Source of the DNA: Octopus vulgaris
Lineage: Eukaryota
DNA length: 64,000 bases
Assembly: GCA_951406725.2 (NCBI GenBank)
Contig: OX597815.1
Location: 37,634,001-37,698,000, forward strand
Direction: 5' to 3'
The position numbers were made by a program, and so were the translations under genes. The notes beneath the pieces are model-generated. The model was not told the DNA's origin. It did not search any database and saw only the letters and a list, made by a program, of their open reading frames with translations. This document shows positions 38,729 through 50,842 of the stretch, piece by piece. The stretch's first letter is position 1. Each line of letters opens with the position of its first letter.

Positions 38729-39697
38729 TATTTATCCTTTTCTATTCAACTGAAATATTAAACATTTTAGTTTTTTTAAAACTATAGTATCGAATGCGAA
38801 TGAGTATGAAAAATCAATGAATGCCAAAAGAAAAAGGAAAAATATTTTCAAAGCAGTCAATATTTTTGTAGTTCAAAAATTGCGATTTATGACATAAAAT
38901 GTCCTCTAGAATTAGCTAGAGCTAAAAATGACAAACTTTAACTACTAAATATTATTAAACACACCTCTGCAAATGCAATGTACATAAGCAATTCACTTTA
39001 AGCACAACGAACAACCGGCAGTGATACTGTTTTTAGCAGATACCCAAATGGAGCTCATGGTAGGCAATGTGTTAAATATCTATTATCAGTATGTGTGTAT
39101 GTGTGTATACCGTTCTAGGAAATTCTTACAGAGTAGTCACATATAAATACATAAATGTACACACACACACACACACACACACATACACACACACATGTAT
39201 ATATATATATACACATTATTGTGTATACAGATATAAACAGCGCATATGTGCGTCTAAGTATGTACGTATACACGCACATAAAATCACGCAGGTGTAGATG
39301 TTTCCATCTAGAAGCATATGCATACATATACAAGCAAATGTACTGTATTCACACACATACATATATAGATTGGGAGACAAGAAAAAAAAACCTATGAGCA
39401 GATGACTCAAGTTTCCTATATCTATGCAAAAAAGAAAAATTCTATATATTTTGGGGGCATTGTTATTGTATTTAATACTGTTGACCTGCAAGTCGTTGTT
39501 GTTGTTGTTGCTGCTGAGGAGGAGGAAGCTTTACCCGTGTTTTTATTGTTGCTTCTGTATTCATACTTTTGCTTGGATTTCCAAAGTTGTCAATTATGCT
39601 ATTGCCATCACACCGCGAAGTTACTCTGGCGGCTGTGTGTATTGTCTGCAAGATTTTTGGTGTGAAATCTGTGTGTAGAATGTATGTGAGAAGGAAG

Positions 39698-39735
<38 letters not shown>

Positions 39736-39929
39736 GAAAGAGGAAGAGAGAGAAAGTAGGAGTAAAAAGGAGAAAGACAGTGTGCGCGCGTGTGTGTGAA
39801 TGTGTGTGTATGTGCGTGATGTGAATGCGTACGTGATTGTACGTAAGGTTTTCGTGTGTGTCAGCTGAAGATTATTTGCGCTCCCCTACTATACATCCAT
39901 ATTTTTATACGCACATACGCACATGCACA

Positions 39930-39992
<63 letters not shown>

Positions 39993-40045
39993 GTATATAT
40001 GTATACATACACACACACACACACATGTATATATATATATATATA

Positions 40046-40350
40046 GGGAGAATTCATAAAAAAACAAAAGACGAAGATAGGTGGTGTAAACAACAAACAG
40101 ATGTATTAGTATAACGCTCGGGAAGTCAAAAAGTCTTTAACATTTCGAGTCTGTGCTCTTCCGCAGAAAGGAACACAGAAAGAAACAAGGAGAGAAAGTA
40201 AAGAATGTGTAGTGGCTAGCGATCTATCATGGCGAATGCCGGAGAAAAGGGTAACACAAGAGAGCTAGGAAGAAGGGGAAATAATAAAGTGCGTGTGTAT
40301 AAGAGTATATATGTACGTGTGGAAGAGGGCTGGTGACCTTGACGTGTGAG
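40046..40350 (-). mobile_element. Penelope-like terminal fragment (same family as 11005)
   Basis: Reverse-complement homology; hammerhead-like motif at 40135-40170. Confidence 0.6.
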
Positions 40351-40599
40351 TGTGTGTATGTGGATATATACATAAACACACACAGACACACACACACACA
40401 TATATATATATATAACGTAGTTCCTCTTCCCTGTCCTTCAATAAGTAACATAACGCTCTGTAGTCAGCTGATACTGAATTCTAACAACTGGTCATTAGTA
40501 TTGTCATGCCTAAGAAAAACTTAGATTGTATGTATATGTTCTTTTCGTGTTTTACTTGTTTCACTTTATCAGACCGCGGCCATGCTGAGGCAACATCTT

Positions 40600-40743
40600 G
40601 ACGTGTAAAGAGGGAAATAACCCTGATCTGCAATTTTTATGAAATTCGAAACATAGATATTCCAGTTCATTAGAGAAAATATAACAGAAAAGTCTAATTC
40701 TTCAATTGTATGTAACACGGGCAACGTCGGGTATCTATGCTAG
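40600..40743 (+). mobile_element. Helitron 3' end fragment
   Basis: CACGGGCAACGTCGGGTATCTATGCTAG|T; 5' limit uncertain. Confidence 0.6.
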
Positions 40744-40814
40744 TATATATACATATATATATGTAATGATATAAATAAAAATAATATATATGTGCATATA
40801 TAGATACCTAAATA

Positions 40815-40850
<36 letters not shown>

Positions 40851-40852
40851 TA

Positions 40853-41540
40853 TATGGGGACAGGTCGTCACAAAACGTAAACAACATGAAATACGAAATA
40901 TGAAAACAACATGACATATGAAGATAAACTCTTGTATGCAAGCAACGAGAGAAACAAATGGAAAACAAGACAAATAACATAAAACACGACCCTTCATCAG
41001 TTGTCGGCTGTCCATCTACTCCTCATTTCGAGCATTATGCGACAATATGAAGCTACAAAAAGCAGTTGCTTCCGCGAACCAAAATAGAATTTTGGATTTG
41101 CGAAGGGTCAGAGTTTGTAAGAAAAACAGGACAGTGGAAACATACAACAAACCAAACAAAAAGAAACAAGGAGGGCCGTTAGGCCACGTGTGGCAAGGTA
41201 GTGAACGCTTGAAGGGTGAAATATTGTCTTTGACAAGGGAAAAGATAGAAGAGGAGACAAGTAAGAATGCATCTGGTCTGTAAGACAGACTGAAAGAAAA
41301 GAAAGATGATCACATGAGGAAACAAATATGGACAATGGTCAAGTGTGAGCAACGAGGGAGAGAGAGAGAGTAAAGGAGAGAGAGAGAGAGCAAAGGGGAG
41401 AGAGATAGTAAACGGTGAAGGGGAGGAAAAGAATTAGAGAAAGGATAAAACGAAAGGGGGAGTAGAGAGAGAACGGTACAGGGTAGTGTCGCATCAAAAT
41501 GATTAAGGTATACTTACTTGGAAATAGATGCGTGGCGTTA
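40853..41540 (-). mobile_element. Pyrimidine-rich repeat (possibly Penelope-derived), inverted relative to 43015-43370
   Basis: 40855-41190 is the reverse complement of 43015-43370; 41505-41535 matches 43688-43720 inverted. Confidence 0.6.
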
Positions 41541-41544
41541 GTGC

Positions 41545-42770
41545 TGAAAGAGCTGCTCAACCATTCAAATTTGGAAGTGATATATCCCGACTTTGCAAAG
41601 GCCTTTAATAAAGTCGATCATGGAATGATATGTCCCAAACTGCGTGATCTCGGCATAGTTGGAAAATTGGGAGAATGACTTCATGACTTTCTGAAGGATA
41701 GAAATCAGATGGTAGTAGCCAATGGGACCACCTCCAATGACACGCAAATAGTGAGCGGTATTCCGCAAGGCACTCTTTTGGGATCACTAAAATGCAAGGC
41801 ACTGTTTTGGGACCACATAATGGCCCTATCAGACATGCCCTTAGCCACACAGAGAGCCACGATCCCAAGTTATGCAGATGATACAAAAGTCTCACAGGTA
41901 ATACAGAACCCTGAAGACACTATGCACCTGCAATGTGAGCTGGATGAAATATACAAGTGGGCTGAAAAGAATAGCATGCAGTTTAATGCTGAAAAGTTTC
42001 AAGCATTGTGCTATCAGCATGCAAAACTAAGAGCAATACCCATTAAATACACTGGACCTGGAGGAATTGCAATCCCAGAGGCACAGTCAGTGCGAGACCT
42101 GGGTATTTTCATAGTAATGTGCATCCTTTCATGTGCATGTTGCTAAATTAGCAATGAAATGCAGGCGGCTGACCTGATGGATCCTTAGAACTCTTAGAAC
42201 AAGAGATCAGGAAACCATGATGGTCCTCTAGAGAACACTTGTCCGAAGCCACTTACACTATTTCTCTCAGCTATGGTCACCAACCAGCGTCAAATTAATC
42301 TCAGAATTTGAGGCAATCCAACGAAGCTATACGATGTAGATAGCCTCTATGCAGCATTGGGAAAAACTCAAGAGATTAAGACTCTATTCCTTAGAGTAGG
42401 CGAGAAAGTTATGCCATAATATAGATCTGGATGATTCTGGAAGGAATTGTCCCAAACTTTGGCATGGAGAGTTACACAAATACTAGAACTGGGCGCCACT
42501 GCATTGTGCCAAGGATTCCAAATTTTCCACAAGATGTAGGACAAGATACTGCAATAGCCTGGGCTTCAGCGGTCCACTGATCTTCAATATCCTCCAGAAG
42601 AACCTGAGAGACCTGCCTGGGGTGGATGTAGGTGTCTTCAAACTAAAGCTGGATCTTCTTGTCAAGTGTCACAGATGAACTAACTTCGCAGCAGGAGGTG
42701 CATATGAGGGAAGCTGCATCAAATTCTCTTATGCACCAAATGTCAATTCCTAAAAAGCATTCGTGAAGTA
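41545..42770 (+). mobile_element. CR1-group LINE, RT domain and 3' end (pseudogene)
   Basis: YPDFAKAFNKVDH, SGIPQGTLLG, YADDTK, MQFNAEKF and VRDLG; stops and frameshifts. Confidence 0.92.
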
Positions 42771-42932
42771 AAATTACGTAGCAACACCAACTGGCGGTGC
42801 CCCAGCATGGCTACAGCTCGTGAGCTGAAACTAGATAAAATAAAAAATAAATAAAAAATATATATGTCTGTATACATACAGATATGTACATAAATACATA
42901 TATATGTATAGGTATAAATGTATATGTATATA

Positions 42933-43368
42933 TGGGTACAGGACGTCACAAAAACATGAAATACGAAATACGAAATACGAAAACAACAAGAAAAGCGCTC
43001 GCTACCTTAGCTCGCCTCATCTAACGACCCTCCTTGATTCTTTTCATTTGGTTTGTTGTATGTCTCCACTGCCCTGTTTTTCTTACCAAATTTGACCCTC
43101 CGGAAATTCCAAATTTTATTTTGGTTTGCGGGAGCAACTGCCTTTTCGATGCCTCATATTGTCGTTAATTACTCGAAATGAGGAGTAGATGGACAACTGA
43201 CAACCGAGGAAGGATCGTGTTTTTATGTTACTTGTCTTGTTTTCCATTTGTTTCTCTCGTTGTTCGCATACAAAAGTTTATCTTCGTATTTCATGTTGTT
43301 TTCGTATTTCGTATTACATATCGTTTTCATATTTCATGTTGTTTACATTTTGTAACGTTCTGTACCCA

Positions 43369-43370
<2 letters not shown>
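42933..43370 (+). mobile_element. Second copy of the 40853 family, with inverted terminal duplication
   Basis: ATGGGTACAGGACGTCACAAAA at 42932 is complementary to TTTTGTAACGTTCTGTACCCAT at ~43348-43369. Confidence 0.65.
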
Positions 43371-43426
<56 letters not shown>

Positions 43427-43428
<2 letters not shown>

Positions 43429-43556
43429 AGTTAGTTAGTTAGTTAGTTAGTTAATTTGGCTCAAAAGCAAATAGCAAGGCCATGTAGGGGGACATGGAGT
43501 TAAGTACAGGGTGGTGTTCATGTAAAGAGTTTCAGGCCACTTGAGGTCCAGGGAGG

Positions 43557-43560
<4 letters not shown>
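43427..43560 (-). mobile_element. Probable 5'-truncated LINE 3' end with (TAAC)n tail
   Basis: (TTAG)n run abutting a ~110-bp higher-GC block. Confidence 0.45.
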
Positions 43561-43595
<35 letters not shown>

Positions 43596-43629
43596 TATAT
43601 GTAGGTATGTACATATATGCATTTATATA

Positions 43630-43667
<38 letters not shown>

Positions 43668-43679
43668 ATTATTATATGA

Positions 43680-44575
43680 TCGAATACAACGCATCCATTT
43701 CCAAGTAAGTTTATCTTAGATATGTATATTCTTCTTTCTCTCACTGATTTATCATTCCCCACTATCACTTTAGATAGTACAGCCTCTGACCTCATACAAG
43801 TGCCTACGTCTATTTTTAGAAACTTGTCCATTATATTTTCTTATTCTTCTCTTCTTTTTGAGGTTTACTACTCACTTTTAAGACTCTTCTCCGTATCACA
43901 TTCTTTATCTATCCCTCCACCTTAGTGCCTTTGAAACATACTACCTCATCTCTCACTTCTCACAAATATTCCTTCCTTACATTCTTATCTCTTCCTTCTA
44001 TTCTTTTTATCTACACATAGCTCTCCTCCCCCATCCTCTCACAATATCTTGGCCACCATCAAGCAATCCTCTGTCATTTTCTCTACCTCTTTCTTTCTTT
44101 CTTTCCTCTTTCCTCCCCCAATCCTTTTGACCAATATCTTTTTCTCTCTCCTAACATACTTATCTATTCTATTCTCAAAATTTCATATACAAGATCCCGT
44201 TCAATGAACACCACATGGAATTGATACCTGCAAAATATCCATTTGTAATGACAAAATATGAACTACTGTCGGACCTTACATACCATGGACAAGAAACCGC
44301 TTTACACATTCTTTGGATAATGAAACTACAAGTTTAACAACCAACATATATTTTTTATTTTTACTCTTATATTTCCCTTTATACGTCCTATATCTCTCAC
44401 TTTCCAAAATAATTTCTTATATTGATCTCAACTATTTTCTTCTATTTAACGCGCTCATATAGTCTCTGTTGCTGGGATATACTTTATATCCCTGAAACAG
44501 CTGTAAGATTACCTTTCTCTTTATAAAATATCCTAGAAATTTCACACTGCCTTGGTTTCGTTGTTTCATTTTACT
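43680..44575 (+). mobile_element. Pyrimidine-rich Penelope-like relic ending in a hammerhead-like motif
   Basis: GGGATATA-CTT-TATATCCC-T-GAAACAGCTGTA at 44474-44505. Confidence 0.5.
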
Positions 44576-44604
44576 TAACACACACACACACACTCACGCA
44601 GACG

Positions 44605-44637
<33 letters not shown>

Positions 44638-45534
44638 GGTTGTGTTGTAAGGAGTTTGCTTCTCAACCACATGGTACCAGATTCAGTCCCACTTTGTGAA
44701 ATCTTTAACAGGTGTCTTCAGCTATTGCGCTCAAGCTTTAAATGTTCTATCTACACATTGTAAATACGCCCAAATGAACTCATACAAGATTCCAATATAG
44801 TCGATCGTGGAAGCGAATGGGCTATAGGATTATTATAACTCATTTCCATATATTATGTAGGAATTACATTGTAGGAATTACATAATATTGTGTGTAATTA
44901 ATGAAATCGTCCGTTTATGGAAATATTTGCAATGTCCATTTGACTTCTCCCTTCCTCCTTTTAATCATTTTATTATACATTCTGCTGGTCTTATATTAAG
45001 ACTCCTGCACCTTAACTTGAAGTTGTGCAGTGCTTCTAGTAATATTAATCGAAGCCTTACGAAATTGGACTGAACTCTGCACTATGTGGGTCGGAAGCAC
45101 ATTTCATACCACAGAACTACGATGGTAGACTTTCATTTTATAGTCTTATGTTACATATGTTACTATTTTTAAGCATTACCATGTTTCTATGACTTTAACT
45201 GTTTTACTTAATATTTGAAATTACACAACCATTGTACATTAATTAATATAAAAATGTGATAATTTAATATTAATTATACATTTTTGCATTAATTAAATTT
45301 TTCTGTTCTTTTACAAAGAGATCTTAATATCCTCAATAAATTTTCTAATGATTTAAAAATAATTTTCGCATTTTAAAATTCTTTATAAAGTCATTCCATA
45401 TTTATATATTTTTATATTTGGTATATTAATGCATTTCCGTATTTATGCATTTATGTATTCAAAATATTTATAAACTGATACACCAATATATATCTGTGTA
45501 TTTATGTAAAGATATATGGATGTGTGTGTGTGTG

Positions 45535-45582
<48 letters not shown>

Positions 45583-46111
45583 TGTGTGTGTGAGTGTGTT
45601 TCTTGAGTATTTTCAATTAAGACCACGGAAAGAAAACGTTTCAGGTCAAAGGATATAATGCATAGTTGTAGGGGGTTTTATTAAATTTTCTAAGAATACT
45701 TCTCTCCAAAACGCAATTTTACTTACAGTCCTCATTATTATTAATGAAGCAATTTGTGTTTTTACTGTTTTAGTGCTTGGGGATCCAAATCTGAAGTAAG
45801 CGTTAGCTGAACTTAATTAATAACAGAACAAAACACCTTTGTTAATAATGATCAGGGATAAAGAGTAGTCGAAGAATAATTGCAATGAATGTTAAACGAA
45901 AATGCTGGTAATAATGGCCTTAAGAATATTCATATAACAAAAAATATCCGCTATAGAGTAACGTAACAGATTATAAGGTTACATGGACAATAAGAAGTAA
46001 TAAATGGGAAATGGTATAATTTGCATATACGTTAGATAATACGTAGATACGAGAATTAGAATAAGCTGTCATAAGTAAGGAATTAGTGATAAAAAGGTAA
46101 TGCAAACATTT

Positions 46112-46343
46112 AAGGCGGCGAGCTGGCAGCAACTTTAGCACGCCGGGCGAAATGCGTAGCCGTATTTTGTCTGCCGTTACGTTCTGAGTTCAAATTCCGC
46201 TGAGGGCAACTTTGCTTTTTATCCTTTCGGGGTCGATAAATTAAGTACCAGTTACGCACTGGGGTCGATATAATCGACTTAATCCGTCTGTATGCCCTTG
46301 TTTGTCTCCTATGTGTTTAGCCCCTTGTGGGTAGTAAAGAAAT
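46112..46343 (+). mobile_element. SINE type A with perfect 17-bp TSD
   Basis: AGGTAATGCAAACATTT at 46095-46111 and 46344-46360. Confidence 0.95.
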
Positions 46344-47315
46344 AGGTAATGCAAACATTTGTAAATACAGTAGGAGGAGAAAATATACGTAGGTAGAATA
46401 GGAAAGTGAATTTAACCGTCATCTTTATAATAAATCAGTCTATTTGAGGGTCTTGTGTGTTTAACGTCTTAAAATTCGATGCATGTATGATAAAAAAAAA
46501 TTCGGAATGTTTTCCCAGAAGAAAAGTCTTATCAAAGAGCAGTCCTAGAGGCCGAATGGTTCTTCATATAAGTGCAATTTTAATTTCATTCTGATTTTCA
46601 ACTCACGTCGGTGTGTGTAGAGATATATATTTTAGTTCCCACGCATACATAGCTAACGAAGCCTGGTTAGATGTCTTATAGTTTTTGAAGTTGTGGGTAT
46701 AAGTTTAAAATACATCATTGTTATTCCAGTGTTGACTTGTTCATGCAGGCATTGCATTAATGGAGAATGTCCATCGATAAATATTCTGAGTCCACGAGAA
46801 TTAGACAACGTTGTGGCAGATCTATTAATTATTGAAACCGGCGTGCCTGCTATTTGTTTAGGCTAGAGTTACTAGAATTGGCTGTTCTCGAAAATATTCA
46901 AGTGTTTGAACAGAATGAGATTTAATTTTTAAATGACAATGCAAATAAGAATATTAGACTTGATTTAATTGTATAATAATTGTTTCTGTATTCATTAACT
47001 AATTGTTTACTTAAGAATTTTCGTACATATTTGTGAATTAAATTAAACATTCTATATAATTACAAAACTAATATATTTTTTCTTGATATACTTCTTTTCT
47101 TACGTAGTCATCTTCGACCACAGTGAGGCCTTTTGTCTTGCTCTTCCCCAATCTGCTTAAACGCTACGATTTGTTTTATTCTTTCTGGCAACGGTTCATA
47201 TTCCCCCTTTTGATTCTGTTTCATTTCAGTCCCCATCATACTTGTACGAAGAATTACTGACCAACTGACTGGCCATACCTCAAGTGAATTTTTCCACCGT
47301 AGTTCCAAACCTCTA

Positions 47316-47559
47316 TGCTTCTCCCCCTTCTTCCCTCCCTCGTGAAGCTATGGGGAAGGGAGTTTAAGGAAATCAACGTCGTAATGCGTTGTCAAGGAGA
47401 CCAGCGTTCTTTTAGAACAACGACTTCATGGCTTGAAGACACCAAAACAGAAATGGCTAAGAAATCCCGAATTGGCATCTATAAAGGAAGTAACTCTCTA
47501 AAAATGCTTATATAGTTATTTCCCTTACAAACCCGAGCAACGCCGGGCGATACTGCTAG
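47316..47559 (+). mobile_element. 5'-truncated copy of the 37498 Helitron
   Basis: Near-identical to ~37769-38008, including hairpin and CTAG. Confidence 0.93.
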
Positions 47560-49894
47560 TACTCTATAAAAGCGTCTCTAGAGAAGGCAACAATCTAGCA
47601 TTAGACACATTTTAAAAATATAGACGTATGCATAAGTTAGCAAGCAAAATTGGCTTCGAATCACCAAAGCCTCCCCCGCCGCCCCGAATAAGTAGCACTG
47701 AGGATTTTAAAGCTGATTTGCAAAGCATATCAAAAGGTAACATTGCGGCACCTTTCTAAACTCTTCAAACAATTACATGGCACATTTAAACAAATCCCAC
47801 AAATTCTGATGGTGGAAGGTTTGTGGAGGTTGATTCAAGGGGACTGCTGCATTGCTGTAATTAACTAGTTTCGTGATATCGATAGTAGCCTGCAAATTTA
47901 ATTAGTTTGATAAGGTGAATTTCTACGCTTCAATGTCGACATTTCTCCTCCTGAAAGACCTAAACTTCGGGAAAACAAAATACTAGAAATAGCAACACCA
48001 ATTTCAGAAGGTTTTTGGACAATCAAAAACCCATCTATTTCACGATGATTTGTATTAGGCACAGTAGGGGTTTCACTATTCGATGTATTTTGGTGGGTGG
48101 GTGGGGTCAGTACTGAAATCGAGGACTCTGAACTCGTCAGCTTATTAATCTTGGATATTCTAGAAAAGAATGTACAAAGCCCCACAATTTGACCCTATAG
48201 AGGGATGAAGATGTGAAAAGCTCGACTTATGAGTGGCACCAAAAGGAACAGTTTCCTGGAAATCTTATAAATGTCTTCATAAATCTCGTCTTGGCGATAG
48301 CTGTTACACAAACTTGGAAAAGTCGATTTCAAGGTCACCAATGACCCCATGGGATGTAAATACTAAGCTTACAGAAAGCCCTACAGGAGGAATGTTTATA
48401 TGAGTAGAAAATTCAATTACCCTCGATTGTGAATAAGAAATTAATTCTCTGGCATCAGCAGAAGAATATCTAATCTCTCAGAGGATATGAAAATCTTCAA
48501 TCGCACCGTATTTCATTATAACAAGGTTGTAGCGAGGATTGCCTTTACTGATAAGTTAGTTTAGATAGGAGATCCACACCTTGAACCACCAACGGAAGAG
48601 CTTAGAATAAGACAATTTAATTCAAACTTCCTAGAAATTTAGAGGTGTTCGTGCATGTAGATATTAATTTCTTGTCCCTAATTAAACTATATTTCCCAAG
48701 AACCCATACTCAATGGAAGCTCTTTAAAGCTCGAAATAGAAAGTTCTGCTGTTTGTGTGTACAAAACACAATTCCCAACACTACCCACTAGAACAGAAAT
48801 GAGAAATATAAATAAAAAACTCATAAAATCTCCACCCCATGCACCAACCAGCAACTTCTGAATCCCCATAAACTACCACTTGGAGTAGCCTGCCTCGCAA
48901 AGATGGAAGTCTATAGTGCAACTCTTATAGCATTCGATGACGTCACGAGCCACTATCCTGTCGTAAAAGTCAATGATTTCAAGAGAAAATTTACTCAATC
49001 CATGCACTTCCTCATTTGTAAAAACAGGGTAAACTATGCCTCTCCACTGTGCTTCAACTGAATATTCCGGAACCAAGGAATAAACTTCTCCAAAATCACA
49101 TTTAGCACCCTTGAGTGAGCCTCTCGTTACTCTCCTGGACTTAGTAATTACCAACTCTCACCGGTGAAAAATTTCATATAATATAAACAGCTTGCAGTAT
49201 TTGAAAGTTCCATTAACAGGATCAGCTTCCATCACTTGGAAAACGTATTTATCCAATTATTATCACGAAAGTCAGGCTCATTTAATGAACATCAAGTTAC
49301 TGACTACTGATAACTGACCTAATCCTTGCATGAAATGCAATGTCAGTTTTCCAAAGATAAGACTGTTCTCTTTCGTGTACAATCGCTATCTGGCTAAAAT
49401 CACACCAGTCATGGCATGCAAATTGACAGGTAACCTCAAACCGCCAAATTGACTATCCATCTGTATGATACAACATTAATTGGCGTAGCTGAACTCTCAC
49501 ATCATACAGACAACAGATTGCCTGATACAAATAGTCTATCTCCAATACCACGTGGAACATTTCTGAAATAAAATATTAATGCTGCGTTACCAAATTATTT
49601 ACGTGACATAAACTGACAAATGGGGATTCAAATATTCTCATCCAGAAAATACGTACGGATCTATTTTCTCACTATAGCTCCTTGACCTTTCGAGAGTGTA
49701 GGCACATATCTGTGCATGAGAAGCTCTAAATAATGAATGTGAAGCTAAGTCAACCTTTTACTAAATACAGCCCAGCTACTTCCAAAAAGTTCATGTCTGT
49801 CTTTCAGTCTTTTTATGATTTATTGATATAAATAATAATTTTTATTTTCAGAAAGTCTTTCTTCAAATATCATAACCGTTTCAAGAAGTGTTAT

Positions 49895-50116
49895 TCTTTT
49901 ATTTGTTTCAGTCATTTGATTGCAGCTATGCTGGAGCACCGCCTCCAGTCGAGCAAATCGACACCAGGACGTATTCTTTTAAGCCTAGTACTTATTCTAT
50001 CAGTCTCTCTTACTGAACCGCTAAGTGACGGGGACGTAAATACACCAGCATCGGTTGTCAAGAGATGTCGGAGAGACAAACACAGACATGCAAACATACA
50101 CACACACAAACACACT

Positions 50117-50156
<40 letters not shown>

Positions 50157-50290
50157 TACGACGGCTTCTTTCAGTTTCCGTCTACCAAATCCACTGACAA
50201 GGCTTTGGTTGGCCCGAGGCTATAGTAGAAGACACTTGCCCAAGGTGCCACGCAGTGGGACTGAACCCGGAACCATGTGGTTGGTAAGCC
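49895..50290 (-). mobile_element. SINE type B
   Basis: Reverse complement of the type B sequence. Confidence 0.9.
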
Positions 50291-50625
50291 ACTTACTTAT
50301 ATATAAATATATAAATATGTATTTACATATATGTAAGAGTATATGTATGTTTGTATGTAAGTGTGTATGTAGCATATTGCTAACTTTCTAGGTACCATTC
50401 ACGAGTTTTCCTGTATTGGCTGATTTAGAAGGCTGACCAAATAAATCTGCATTCGAATTTTTCACATGAATACTTTCGTTACAATAGTTCTTCACGTGGA
50501 AAATATTTTTTATTGCAACACTCGTCTTTTATCTTACACTTTAAAATAAGCACATACGCGGAACTTACATTTCACGCTACATTGTTTTCATCTGGACCCT
50601 AGCAAAGCTAAACTTAGTGTATATA

Positions 50626-50842
50626 CGAAAGGGTGCTGAAAAAAGGTCCTGGCTTTAAGGGTGTCGTGAAAGGCCTGCTTGGAGGCCCAACCTTCCAAGT
50701 TCTTTTACAGGGCCTAGGAAATCTGAAGGACTGCTGCAATAAGCGTGTGAATCTGAGAGAGGAATATGTTGAATAAAATCATTAACTGATTCTCCTCTAT
50801 TTTCTGTTACCAAAAGCCAGGAACTTTTCAGCACCCCCCTCG
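50626..50842 (+). mobile_element. Mariner-derived MITE
   Basis: TA-CGAAAGGGTGCTGAAAA..TTTTCAGCACCCCCCTCG-TA; interior encodes mariner C-terminus-like CCNKRVNLREEYVE*. Confidence 0.85.
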
